Shown here one piece after another: positions 51,958-64,000 of a DNA stretch of 64,000 nt (position 1 is its first letter; each line of letters begins with the position of its first letter). The stretch comes from Dimorphilus gyrociliatus (lineage: Eukaryota > Animalia > Annelida). The stretch spans positions 1,470,156 through 1,534,155 of the forward strand of contig CAJFCJ010000013.1 in NCBI GenBank assembly GCA_904063045.1, in the 5' to 3' direction. Position numbers and translations under genes: made by a program. A model generated the notes under the pieces. It ran no database searches and had not been told where the DNA came from. It saw nothing but the letters and a program-made list of their open reading frames with translations.

Positions 51958-54900
51958 TGTATATATACAAACTGTTTGTTTGTTTGTTTACTTGCTTGTT
52001 TGTTTGTTTATTTTACATTGTTCTTGAGATTTTGTTTTTATGTTTGAAAAAAATTAAAAAAAAAACAAGAGAAGCAATTAATTCTAAATTAAATGTATAA
52101 AGAAGGAAGATTAAATAGGAGATGGAGAAGACAAAAATAAAGGCTAAATGAAGGGAGGAAAGAACAAGTCTTCTTTTTCTTTTCTGTCTTTTTTTTTTCT
52201 TCGTTTTTTTTTTCTTTTCTCTCCTACTCAGCAATTCTGGAATTCTGGGCTATCTTCAGGAACGTTTTACTTGTAAAGTTTTCATGGCTTTTGTGATTTT
52301 AGAGTAGTAAAAAAATGCAATTGAAAGGAATTAGAAAGTTCCGTTTCAATTTTCTAACCGGGAATTAACAGTAGGCACAGTCGATAGGGAAAGATGAGAA
52401 AGGTGAAATATTAAGAGAGAAAAATAAAAGATGAGTTATCTCTAACTGAAACTTATCTAACTAGATGGCAGCACAACTTTGAAATTAAACAATTGAAGAC
52501 AGTCGACTACGAATTAATCGTCTCGAAACTGATGATAGACGGATATCTGAGAATCGTTAAAAAATTTACAGCGACGTATTGCAGTTGGCCTTCTGGTGGC
52601 GCTCGACTGCAAAACCGATCAATGTGAGCGCGCGGTGCAGCACTGTACTTGTACTCGCTTTTACTGTGTACTTGGCTCGCGAAAAATAACAACCATTGTC
52701 ACTATTTCTTACGGATACGCATATACATCTATGCTTCAACTTGAAATATTTATGGAATCTTAAAAAGAAGCTCGCTCTTATAAATTTATATTCCTGTAAG
52801 AATTTAGAATTAATGGCTTCTCTGATTAAAATCGATTCGAGCTGTATGTAGTTAATCCTTTCGGCAGATGTTCGATTTTGAACAAACTACGGCGAGGATC
52901 AATGTTGCATGCATAAGTGTGACGCTGGCGTGACTTTTGATTCTCATTTTCTTTTTTCTTTCTCTTTTCCCATTCTAGGTTAATGAAGAATGTGCTAATT
53001 TACGTTCTCAAAATGATATTTCTCAGACGACTATTAATAAATTAACGACAAAAGTTAATCAACTGCAAAATCAAATACAGGTTTGTAAAAACAGAACAAA
53101 AAAGTAGGAAATAATTATTCATTGTCCATCATTGCCTCGTTTGAATAATTAAGAAATAACCTTTATTTCCCATTTAAACCTTAGAAAAGAGAAATATAAA
53201 ACTCCGTAAAACATAAAAGAAAAATCCTTATATAACGATACTTATATATACTGTATATACTATATATACAAATATTCAACAGCCACTTAAAGAGGAGGAG
53301 GAAAAGAGGAGAAAATTAGAGGAGGAACATGAAGAAGTTTTAAAAATACTCAGTGAGAGGGAAAGTAAAATTAATATGCTCAATCAAGAACGAGAAACGG
53401 CTAGTAGGCAACACGAGGAAGATATACACGGTTTAAAGGTCTGTGATGGGAATATTTATATCTTTTATTCTCTAGACACCCTTACCGAATTGAATTATGC
53501 AGGCACAAATTAGGGACTTGGAAAGGAAATATGAGTTACAGAGCATAAGACAGGAGGAATTATCGCAAAAGTTTACTGAAATGAAGAGGACCGATGTTCC
53601 CCTGGCTAATGGATGTTTAACCGGTAGGGGGTTCTCTTTATCCTGCTTAATACAACCGTCTTTTTCTCTTTTACTTTTTTTTCTTCTTTGTATATGTTTT
53701 TATTGGTTTTTTTTTGGGATACCCTGTATATAAAATGGAAATTGCCGTCTATATATTTGTATTCGGGGAAGGAAGAGAACCATATTGATATTTTTACCTG
53801 ATTAAGACGCTTCAAAATCAAGATCATTCTTTGAAAGGATCTATTTTTAGACTGGAGAATGACCCCCTTATAAAGCGTGTCCGGATAAATGCCTTATTTA
53901 TACTTTAGTCAGAGAGCGTAAATAGTTTCTCTCTCTCTCTTCTTGATAGGAAATTGTCCTAGCGCCAAATACGCTCTCAACCTTTCTTCTCTATATAGCG
54001 TTTACTGTAAAGAGATTTTACAAAAGTTTTAAAGATAACAGCGGAAAATAAAAGAGAATAAGAATGAGAGGAAGAGACAGAGACTAATAGCAAAGATAAA
54101 AATGAGAATCATAGACTTAGATAGAGAGACAAGGGTTTAATAGCGAAAAAAAAAGAAGCTGTCATTTTTTTCCCTTTGAAATACGTTTGATTTTTTTTTT
54201 ACGAAAAGATGAAAAAAGCTAGACATCTAAATCTGAGAGGGAGAGGGATAGGGAGGGGGTAGCGGAGAAAGGAGATACAGATAGACAGACAGACAGATAG
54301 ATAGAGAGAGAGAGAGACGCAAACAAGGAAAGGAGACTAATAGATAGTATGATAAAGGAGGTAGTACGAATAAATTTACTAGAAAAGGGGGAGCGAGCCG
54401 GTAAATAAAAAAAGTTATACTCAACGAATAAATCGATTGGAAAGAACAATTTTGACATGAAGCGTATTAATTATATATCAATATCCTTAACGAACGGAAC
54501 CATACTCTAATACTCTTTGAAATCCAAAATTGCTTCCTCCCCCAATTGCAAAAAAAGAGAAGAAGAAAATAAAAACGTTTCACTCCTAACGTATTAAATC
54601 GCTTCGGAAATATTAGAGTTGACTGTTTTCCAACATTTGACACCTCTCTCCTCAGAAAATAAGTAAATGTAACCGGAAGTAGTTAGGGTAGAGGGTTAAG
54701 AGGTGGTAAATATAAGAATAACAAGGGTGAAAGAAGAGGAGAGAGGGCGGCTGGAAATTTGAAGACAAAGCGTATTTAATGCGTTATAAAAAGGCCAAAC
54801 AACATCAAGTTTTTGCCTTTTGCTATACACCTATTTCATTTTCTATGTCGTAATGCATGCAATGGCTACAGAACGAACGACAAACGAAGAAGCATTCGAA

Positions 54901-55361
54901 AGTGAGGAATTGAACGAAATAGCGGCTAGATTCGAAGCGTTAGGCGTAGTTATGGAAGCAGATCGTTACGTTGGTTGGTGTTTTATTCTTTGTTTTTTTT
55001 TCTATCAAACTCTCTGTTACTCACTTCTCCTACTCAACTCATTCTCTTCCAAACTCTTACATTTCCCATCTTCTTTCCCTCTTTTCTCATCTATTCTTTT
55101 TTTTAATTGCGTACAACTTAACATTATTGCAGCGTTTTCTTTTCCTTTTTATCGTTTAATCGTTTAAATCCCAATTTCTCTTTCGTCTCCCCCACTACTC
55201 CTCTGTGTCTCTCTTTATCTCTCTCTCTCTCGTATATATATATATATATATACTATATAGTACGTCCAGTACTATATATAATATATATCTTTTCCTTTCC
55301 TTCTACAAGTTTTTCTTTTTACTCACTGCATCTCTTGCAATTGTTTTCTCTATTGTAACCT

Positions 55362-55404
<43 letters not shown>

Positions 55405-58400
55405 CTACCTCTCTGTCTCTGTCACTCTTTATCATAATATACACAATATTCATAACATTTTTGCTGTATTTTTTAATATGTTTTGTCATAATCAACAATT
55501 GTTAACAAAAAAACAAAATATTGTCAATTTTTAATAATATTCCGTTCGTTTCTTTGGTAACGCAGATAAATCACCGGCAGAAGGTTTAGGTATATTAACG
55601 AGAAGCGGATCGGCTTTAGAAGGTATGAGGCCTGGTTCAACACCGTCTTTGGTTAGGATATTAGCTCAAAAAACTCCTGTAAAAATATACGTTGCCAAGT
55701 ACTCCTATGATCCGGTGCAATTCTCTCCAAATGAGAATCCAGAAAGTGAACTGAGTTTACAAGCCGGTGAATACGTTTTTGTGCATGGTCATATGGATGA
55801 GGACGGTTTCTATAAGGGCGAACTTATGGACGGTCGAATCGGTTTAGTTCCATCAAATTTTGTTGAGTTGGTACCGGAAGAGGATTTAGATGAATTTTAC
55901 ACAGCGTTACAAATTACTACGCAAGAGCAGAGTAGTCATAATTCGAGCCAGGTTGAAGAAGAAGAAGAACCGGAAGTGGTATTATATGGACCCACCGCCG
56001 GCGTAGGTGATCTCGAAGAATGGGATAATTCTATGGACGATCCGCTAACGTATGAGAAGCCTGAGGATGAAGCAGCTTCTAAACGCTATAGGGTTCCGTA
56101 TCCTGTCGACTTACGACTGCAAAGGCGACTAGCCTCGTCAGCCGTTATCGCATGGGAACCTGGTGATTGTAAGGATACGATATCGTTTGACGTCTATTTG
56201 GATAAGAAATTAGTAATGTCTGTTAGGCCTACCGAAAGGACTAAAGCTTTGCTCGAGTGCGTTGATATGAACATACCGCATAGGGTCAGCGTTAGAAACC
56301 AAACGAAACTTGGTTCGTCTAAAGAAGACGAATGTACAATAATGATAGGAGATGGTGCAAGTCTTGCACCCACTGAACTTCGTATGATGGGCGTTACCTC
56401 AACCTCTGCTACAATTCGATGGACGCCTTCATCCTCAAACTGTGAGCACTTAGTTATATTGAATGACGATGAGATTTCCGGTCAAAAATGCAAACCAGGA
56501 GTTTATAGGGCTGCCTTATTAAATTTAGTACCTGGAGCGTTACACAAGGTTACTGTTCGAGTAGTTTTACCGGATAATTTGATGGAGAGTGGAGAAATCG
56601 ATTTAAGCGCTATCGAATCGTCCGGACGCTTTCGAACTCGGTCAAGACCTCTTATCGAACCGCCGCTATCGGTTCAATGTGAAATTGGACCTCAAAAGGG
56701 TAGTGTTCTCGTTATGTGGCTTCCGGTTTGTCTCTCCGTGCACGGTTCATCGAACGGGAAACCAGTTCACGGTTATTCCTTATATATCGATTCGGTGCAC
56801 GTCAAGAACGTGATGGGAGCGTCTAGCGATCACTGCCTATTGACGACGGCAGATGTCGCCAAAATTGATAATCCCCGGGCCTTGACCGTAAGAACTTTAA
56901 GCGTTGATAGCAGCGAATCTGTCGACTCATTGGCGGTATATTTTGGTGCTGATGTTCTTCAAGAATTGCTACAGCAACAGCAATTTTTATCTGGAAGCTC
57001 TGGTGCTAAGGTAACGGACAAGAGACGCTCCGCTACCGAACAGGTTGGTCTCTCTTTACTATACTTGAAATAGTTTTTTCGTTCTTTTCCCAACTATTTT
57101 TTTTCATATTATATTTCATAAGAGAAAAAGTATTCATTGCCTAAAAATAACACCAATTAATTATAGGACTAATTCTAATAATTACAACAATACTTTAGGG
57201 TCTAAATCTAATTTAAAATAATTTAATTCATTTTCTTTTTTCTAAAATTTCTTATAGTTATATTTTCTATAATTTCCATCTTCCTCTTTCTCTTCTCCAT
57301 ATCTTCTTCCCTATAAATTCTTCTATATCTTTCTCCCCCTCCTCCTCCTCTTCTTTCTACGCGTATTCCAATTTCGTTCGCCTTTGATTTCTTCTCCTTT
57401 TTACGCTCTTCCGTGATCGTATGCTTTATTAAAAAGTAAAAAGAAGGAGAATGTATAATTCATAGCAAAGAATTACACTATAATACAATTTTTATTAGTG
57501 CGTAAACAATTAATTTATAATTTATACTTTTTTTTTGTTCCTTAATACTTTTAATAGAAAATTATCTAATTGTTAATATTCTCTTTCACTCTTTTCCACT
57601 TTATCTGTCTCTTTCTCTTCTGTCTCTCTACCTCTCTCGCTCTTTCTTTCTTTCTCTTCAATATGATATAATGAATAAGGAATGAGAGAATAATATCATA
57701 TCGCCTAATTCGTAATTGCGTATTCCCCCTGAAGAACTGTCTTTTTCTAAATGCATGCCTGAGTCCTTTCCCTACCTCCATATCCATCTTTTTTTCATCA
57801 ATATCTTACATCCCCTACATTTGCGTATTCAATGAGAGACAATGACAATTATTCATTAGTTAAATTAAGAATATGCAATATGTATATATAATAAGCATAC
57901 CTATAAATGTCTCGTGTAAGTAATTAATCACGTGATATCTTTATACATATATACAGTATATATAGATTTCGAAAGTGTTTTTTTCTTTCTCTTTTACTTT
58001 GAAAAAAGTTGATGTACCTTTGTTGTTAGTACTGAAATTGTTTTTTTTTATTATTCTGTAGATATAATAGATCAAAACGCATAGATAAATAACCAAAAAA
58101 ACATTGTACTTTGTACGTATAATTTGTATGCAAATTAGTTTGCACGTTGTTGTGGTGAACCTTTCACAGACACTTGCTCTTCTAAATGATAGTAGCCATT
58201 CCGATCTGTCGGATATAATTGAAGAAGAGGAAGGTAGCGATTGCGACCAGGTGATTTATGTTGTTACGTTTTTTAAATTTGCATATTTTTTTTTTCTTTA
58301 AAAAACAAAAAAAAACAAAAACAAACTGGAATGGAAATTTTTTTCTCTTGTGTTTTGTTTGTTTTCTTTTGTATTTATTTTTATTGATTAAATGGTGAAT

Positions 58401-61023
58401 TTATTATAGAAGCATGTTGAAAATTTATAAAATATCATTTTTAATCATTATATTCGGATGGAAAATTTCTTTCTTTTGTTGGATATTTTCATCTCTTTTC
58501 TTTATATATATGTGTGTTTTTTTTAAAAAAGCTACTGTTTTTTTAAAGGTAGTTTGCACCTAATGGTTTGAGGGCGCTCTTTGGGAAATTGAGAATATCT
58601 ATTATGTACCTACGATGTCATTCACTTTTTTTTTCTTTTTAAATAAAAAATCAATTCCCCCACTTTCTCTTATTCTATTTCTCTCTATATATTTATTTCC
58701 TTCTCTATCTATCTTTCCCTCTCCCCCCTCCCCTTTCCTCTGTTCCTTCTCTCTCTCTCTCTCTTCCTTTTTTTTAAACTCAATCTATTCCTACTACTCT
58801 CTCCTTTATCTCCCTCTTTACAAAAATACAGTATTTATATACTGTATATGTTTTTCTATCAACATATCTTTTTTTTTTAACTTCTATTTTTTGCTCACTT
58901 TTCAAAAGTAGTATTCAAAATTTATCATATTTCTCTCTTTATCCTTTTCAGAAAGAGTCACCAGGAAATCATATGGCAGTGCCTCATATTGAGATTACTA
59001 AGGACAGTTCCGGTTCCGTTTCGGCTACCGACGAAGAAGTCGACCAGTCAAATAATAATAATAATAACAGTAATAGTAATAATAAACCATCACCATCTTC
59101 CCCAACACAAGATCACTTCTTCCCTATTGATCCTTCGAATAATCAGCCTCGCTCAGCTCATCAACCAGAAGGAGAGTTGACCGATACGCGATATAACAAC
59201 GAAGTTCGACCATTGAAAATCCGGGAAGATATCCCGGAAGCAGAATTGATCGATTACGAGGATGACGGCGATTCCGAAGAGGAAGCTGCCGAACGTACTC
59301 TGTTTGTTGCTCTGTTCGATTACGATCCACAAACCATGTCACCTAATCGAGACTGTTGCGACGATGAATTAGGATTTAAAGAAGGACAATTAATAACTGT
59401 AATAGGCGATAAAGATTCGGACGGCTTCTATCAAGCTGAAGTAAATGGCAGAAGGGGCTATGTTCCCGGTAATATGGTAACTGCAGTAGACGTAGCTCAA
59501 CAACCAAGAAGATCTTCCAGAACGTCGTCAGGTACAGAAGATAATCGATGGAATAGAGCGCCGAAACACAGCCCCACCCATAGTTATTCAGAAAGTGGTG
59601 GAGGAGGCGGAGGCGGAGGCAGCGGAGGAGGTAGTGGTGGTAATGGTGGAGTTGGTCATGGACATCATTATCATCATGCGCATAGGCGAACTTCTGCATC
59701 AAGCGGAAGACGGGCTAGAAGCCCATTCGGCAGGGGTAGAATAAGGCGAATGCGAGCTTTATTCAATTATTTTCCCAGTGAGAGTTCGCCAAACGTCGAT
59801 GCCGACGTAAGTTTCCTTTTTTCTTTTGCACGAAACGTATAAAAAATGATATTTCTTTCTCTTTTTTACATTTCCTTGCTTTCTCTTTTCAATAGATGGA
59901 ATTATCCTTCCGGCAAGACGATATCATTATGGTCATAGGCGATATAGACGCCGACGGCTTTTTTATGGGTGAGCTCGACGGAAAGCAAGGGCTAGTGCCC
60001 TCGAACTACTTAAAAGAATTAGACGATTTCGACAACCGTTCAAGCCCGCTTACGTCGAGCCAATCTAAAGACAGTGTGAATATGGCATCGGACTCCGGTT
60101 CGACCGAATATAAGGTCCGTAAAACGAAAACGACGATACTTGCAGCTCAATAATTTGTATAAAATAATATATACTAAAGTATATATATATATATATATAT
60201 ATATACTATATAAATTACACTATTACCACTACTACCACAACTACTACTACTACTACTACTACTTAAATATCAAAATAGCATATAATAGTAATGATAGCGA
60301 TAAGTTTTCATTATTAGAAATGATACACTTAAATAATTTAAATAAATAATTAATATTCATATAATTAAGAGTAATTTATTTAAACAATACAATAGAAAAC
60401 TAGAGAAATTACTTTACGAGGGGATTATCGAATATTATAATATTTTATGATATTATCTCTCTCCTCCTATCTATCTTTCTCATATGTATATATAGTATAT
60501 GTTTATATATTATGTAAATACACAATTAACTTTAGCTTAGCTTAGATAAAAGAAAAAATAGTTTTAGACATAAATTCAGTTTGTTGTGCTTACTTTCATT
60601 TTGTTTTTTTTTTTCGAGTTTTATTTTTTTAGCATGCTTTGCTTCCTTTCATTCTGTCGCTAACCTCTTTCAAAAAACATCTAACAGCCTCGTCGCGAAC
60701 AAGAATTCCGTCGTCGACCTCATCCACCACAGGAGAATCGTCAGAGACAATCATATCAAAGAAGATCCGCACAAAACCCGTCAAATTCGATTAAAGCGGG
60801 GACGGCGACGGAAGGTCCAGCCCGCGAACGACTTCCTAGTTCTGCAGTATCGATTTCTACGCCGAGCAGCGTTGAAACATCGATAAAAATAGAAGAACGG
60901 GACGGCCCTGTTCCGGTAGAAATGCAGACAATTATGAATTTAGATCGAACCCCAAAAGGGGGGGAAAGAAAGAAGAGTATTATTAGTAAAGGAAAAAACC
61001 TCTTTAAAAAGATCGCCAAATGA
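41366..61023 (+). CDS. RIMBP: RIM-binding protein (coiled coil, SH3, 3xFN3, SH3, SH3), ~17 exons in the longest form
   Basis: KRNSELAAISRKLE coiled coil; SH3 YSYDPVQFSPNENPESELSL..DGFYKGEL; FN3 array in exon 55566-57043; SDLSDIIEEEE motif; SH3 ALFDYDPQTMSPN; SH3 SSPNVDAD/MELSF; C-terminal KGKNLFKKIAK*. Start codon uncertain (41366 or 41387). Confidence 0.93.
42821..42892 (+). CDS. RIMBP: Candidate alternative first exon of RIM-BP (MTYPAVSQRF...)
   Basis: 24 codons ending CGA|GTAAGT in phase 0, compatible with the 44693 acceptor but not in frame as an internal cassette after exon 42037-42343. Confidence 0.55.
43127..43642 (+). CDS. RIMBP: Candidate alternative first exon of RIM-BP (acidic 172-aa N-terminus)
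   Basis: Long open acidic ORF starting at ATG, with AAG|GT donor in phase 0 compatible with 44693. Confidence 0.65.
54853..54973 (+). CDS. RIMBP: Candidate alternative first exon of a short RIM-BP lacking the coiled coil
   Basis: MHAMATERTTNEEAFESEELNEIAARF...; phase-1 donor G|GTTGGT matches the phase-1 acceptor at 55566; ETS site ACCGGAAGT at 54672-54680. Confidence 0.55.
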
Positions 61024-61943
61024 GAATTCTCACTGCCTTATAGTGTCAATTTCCTTCTCTGTTGTTTTTAATCATCTTACCTAATATTATAATTGAATTA
61101 TTTTCAATACGACCTACTTGAATTTAGAATAGTTTCAAAACACATTCCGTCTCTTGCAGATGCCATTAGTCCATAAAAATAAACAATTTAGGATAAATTT
61201 CTACCCAAAAGAAAAACCTTGCAATTTTTTTCTTTTTGTTCTTTCTGTTATGTTATTTAAATGAAAAAAAAACAAACAAATAGCTGAAAAAGGAATTCCT
61301 TCTTTTACAGAATAATATGATAATAATACTAGATTTAATCAATTTAATTTGATTAAATAAGTTTGAAAAAGTTACGATTGTGTAATATCTGGTAGAGTTG
61401 AGGGTGGGCAAAGAGCATTTTGCTTTCGATTTTGAAGCTCCTGGATACCGTCCACTTATCGTAACTAAAGTAACATTATGCCTGAAGGGATTATTTATTT
61501 AAAAGTTTCCAACTACTTAGTTCGCTTTTATAGTTAATTGATTATATTTTCATGAGATTTTTTATAATTATGGACGAAAACTGGTTAATCTATTGTGTTT
61601 ACTAATTCATGGAAAGAAACGTCATCTATTATATAAAATAAACTCTAAACTAGCCTTATATTGTTATATAGCTTAATGAATTTATATTTGTTGATTGTAA
61701 ATTTGTATTTAATCATTTAAATGAAATAAATAGCTATCGTTTGTTACGTTTGATGAAATTCTTTTACCTTAAATAACTTGAAGTTTTCTATCGATCAAGG
61801 GCGTCCGTACATTAGCGAAGACGTCGAAGAGTGTTTTGCCAGTAGCAGACAAATATTCGATAGAGCCAAACTAGACATTAATAAAATTTAAAAAAACTCT
61901 ACTAGTTTTTTTTAATAATCTCATTGCTAAATTACCGATCAGT

Positions 61944-63507
61944 ATGCTCATTATTTTTGTTGTTGCCCTGTCACTGTTTCTCATGTACAAGATTGTTGAA
62001 AAAGCTAACGGTTTTTGGAGAAGGATGCGCTTTATGAAAACGAAACATGTGGGCTTCGTAATCGCTCATCCAGATGACGAATGTATGTTTTTTGCTCCAA
62101 CTATACTGGAACTAGTTAGAAGGAAATATAATGTTTATATTTACTGCTGCTCAACTGGTAAATATATTTTCTTTTTACTATTTGTATCTTTAAATATTAA
62201 AGAAGATTTCCGTTGTTTAAAAATACCGGCTAGGAGCTATTCTTATATCATAAAATGTTTATATATATATATATATATAAAATAATGATAATGAAAGTAA
62301 CAACAACGGAAACTGCAACATATGTAAATGCAATCTGTTGACTTGTTCGATAAAAACATTAAAGCTTTTCGATCTTATTTAGGTAATTATTATGGACAAG
62401 GAGTCCGACGAGTTGCTGAATTAATGGCAAGTTGTTCCAAATTGGGAATTGATGGAAGTAAAGTGACAATCTCGGCAGATGAGTACGTCTCACTCTATGT
62501 CAAATATATACATTATATACACACACGCTCTATTATTTATAACATTTTATATATAGCTTATTTTTCCTATTAAGCGCCCACCGCTTGTTCATTATGTTTG
62601 TCATTTCTCTAGGGCTTTTCCTGATAACCCAAATGTGCAATGGGACATTGAAAAGCTCGCCTCTCGAATTAATGCATTTATCCGCGATAGGAAACTCGAA
62701 ATGGTTTGTAACTTTTTCGAATTAAAAATAAGATAAAAAAAAAGAGTGAAAGATGTCAAATTATCACCATTTTACAGCTCATCTCATTTGATGAATATGG
62801 AATTAGCGGACATCCTAATCACTGTGATATAAGCAAAGCCTTGCGGTTAGTTGCATAAGTTACCTTATTATACGTATATAAAATATACATACTATATACA
62901 TCTTATTTATATATTTGTATGTTTCTTTCTTCTTCATTTTAGAACCCTAAAAGAAAATTATAGTACTGGTAAATAATATTTATCTCTCTTATCTTTTATC
63001 TTTCTTTTTTTTTTCTATCATTATTCTGCAGGGAGAATTCCAATTTACGTTTTAGTAACAACAAATATGTTTAGAAAATATTCGTCATGGATGGATTTAA
63101 TATGGAGCTTTGTATCCGAAATTTTGATAGTAACAAGACTTACAAACGTTCTTAAAACTCAGGTAAATAGACGCCTTTTTTTATTTTTTTTTCTAATATT
63201 TACATTTCATTTTCGCTATCTGTCTTCTTCCCAGTCTTATCCCTGTCTCTCTCTCTTTCTGTTGTGTTTTTTTTTCTTTAATTATTTAATTAATTTTGAA
63301 TACTCAATGCATAAATACAATTATACAAGAGCTAGTCAAATTACAAACAATCTTCATTAATTATTCAGTTGCTTAATTACGTTTTTTTCTCTTCTTTCCC
63401 TTTAGACGGCCATGTTTCAACATAAAACTCAGCTTACTTGGTTCCGAATATTATATATGATCTTTTCTAGATATGTTGTCATAAACACTCTTCGCCAATT
63501 AAAGTAG
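61944..63507 (+). CDS. PIGL: N-acetylglucosaminyl-phosphatidylinositol de-N-acetylase, 7 exons
   Basis: N-terminal TM; [13 protein letters not shown]; CCSTGNYYGQG; FPDNP; [13 protein letters not shown]; [16 protein letters not shown]. Confidence 0.96.
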
Positions 63508-63838
63508 AGCATCCTCTCTTCTCTTTTTTGGTTAATTTCTCTGTCTCTTTTTATATACGTTTCAATGTATTTGAAATGAATAATTGTAAAGAAATACTAT
63601 ACTAATTTGTTTATTTATATATACAAATATATAAGTATATTATAAATGTATTGAATTTTTTATAAAAAGGAATACTATGTATTAGTAATAAATGGGCCTA
63701 CCTAAATAAGGCCGATATAGAAAAAAACCCATTTAAAATCGATGAACCGTGTCTATATTGTATATTTACAACCGCCTCGCCCCAAATCGTTGCGAAAAAG
63801 TAAAAATGACTCGAGTATTTTAGAAAATTATTTATAAT

Positions 63839-64000
63839 ATGGGAAATAATCAAACTACTTTACATATATCTGACTTTCAACCGGCGGAAGATGAGAATAA
63901 GACTTTTGTACCTCACGTTGAAGAACCAATTCCAAATGGGATTTCAAATGATAAACCTATAACGCCTATAATTAAACCTGCGAACTTGAATGGATCTTTA
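63839..64000 (+). CDS. 5' part of a gene truncated by the window end
   Basis: Open frame MGNNQTTLHISDFQPAEDENKTFVPHVEEP... runs to the window edge. Confidence 0.55.
   Translation, partial: MGNNQTTLHISDFQPAEDENKTFVPHVEEPIPNGISNDKPITPIIKPANLNGSL

Noticed and set aside
59124-61019. Minus-strand ORFs overlapping RIM-BP exons (also 19084-19323 and 16391-16618 opposite coiled-coil exons)
   Set aside because: Antisense shadows of real coding exons.
1-64000. tRNA, rRNA, CRISPR arrays, operons, intact transposase or reverse-transcriptase ORFs
   Set aside because: None recognisable. The sequence is intron-rich eukaryotic DNA and its repeats are simple microsatellites.

Overview
Eukaryotic, AT-rich, intron-dense animal DNA with many 43-80 nt GT-AG introns and abundant (AT)n/(AG)n microsatellites. 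No prokaryotic, CRISPR, rRNA or tRNA features were seen. The compact gene architecture and intronless rhodopsin-class GPCR suggest an early-branching animal such as a placozoan; this is an inference and was not verified. Genes assembled by hand, in order: class A GPCR (-), ARHGEF39-like DH-PH RhoGEF (-), CRK (+), orphan (-), 11-exon micro-exon orphan (-), BCKDK (+), coiled-coil protein (-), TBC-like protein (-), ANKUB1 (-), small single-pass membrane protein (-), MRPL41 (-), a ~20 kb RIM-binding protein gene (+), PIGL (+), and the start of a further gene. Several intergenic gaps hold decayed gene relics (extended-Tudor-like, OB-fold-like, LRR-like). The best second-look items are: an in-phase alternative first exon giving CRK an MGIC lipidation-type N-terminus; multiple alternative first exons of RIM-BP; a pre-miRNA-sized hairpin behind a spliced, apparently non-coding divergent transcript; a recurrent non-coding TAGATG(G/T/A)CG motif resembling the CTCF core; and a gene built from symmetric micro-exons. 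No clearly new system is proven. All homology calls come from recalled family motifs, not from searches.
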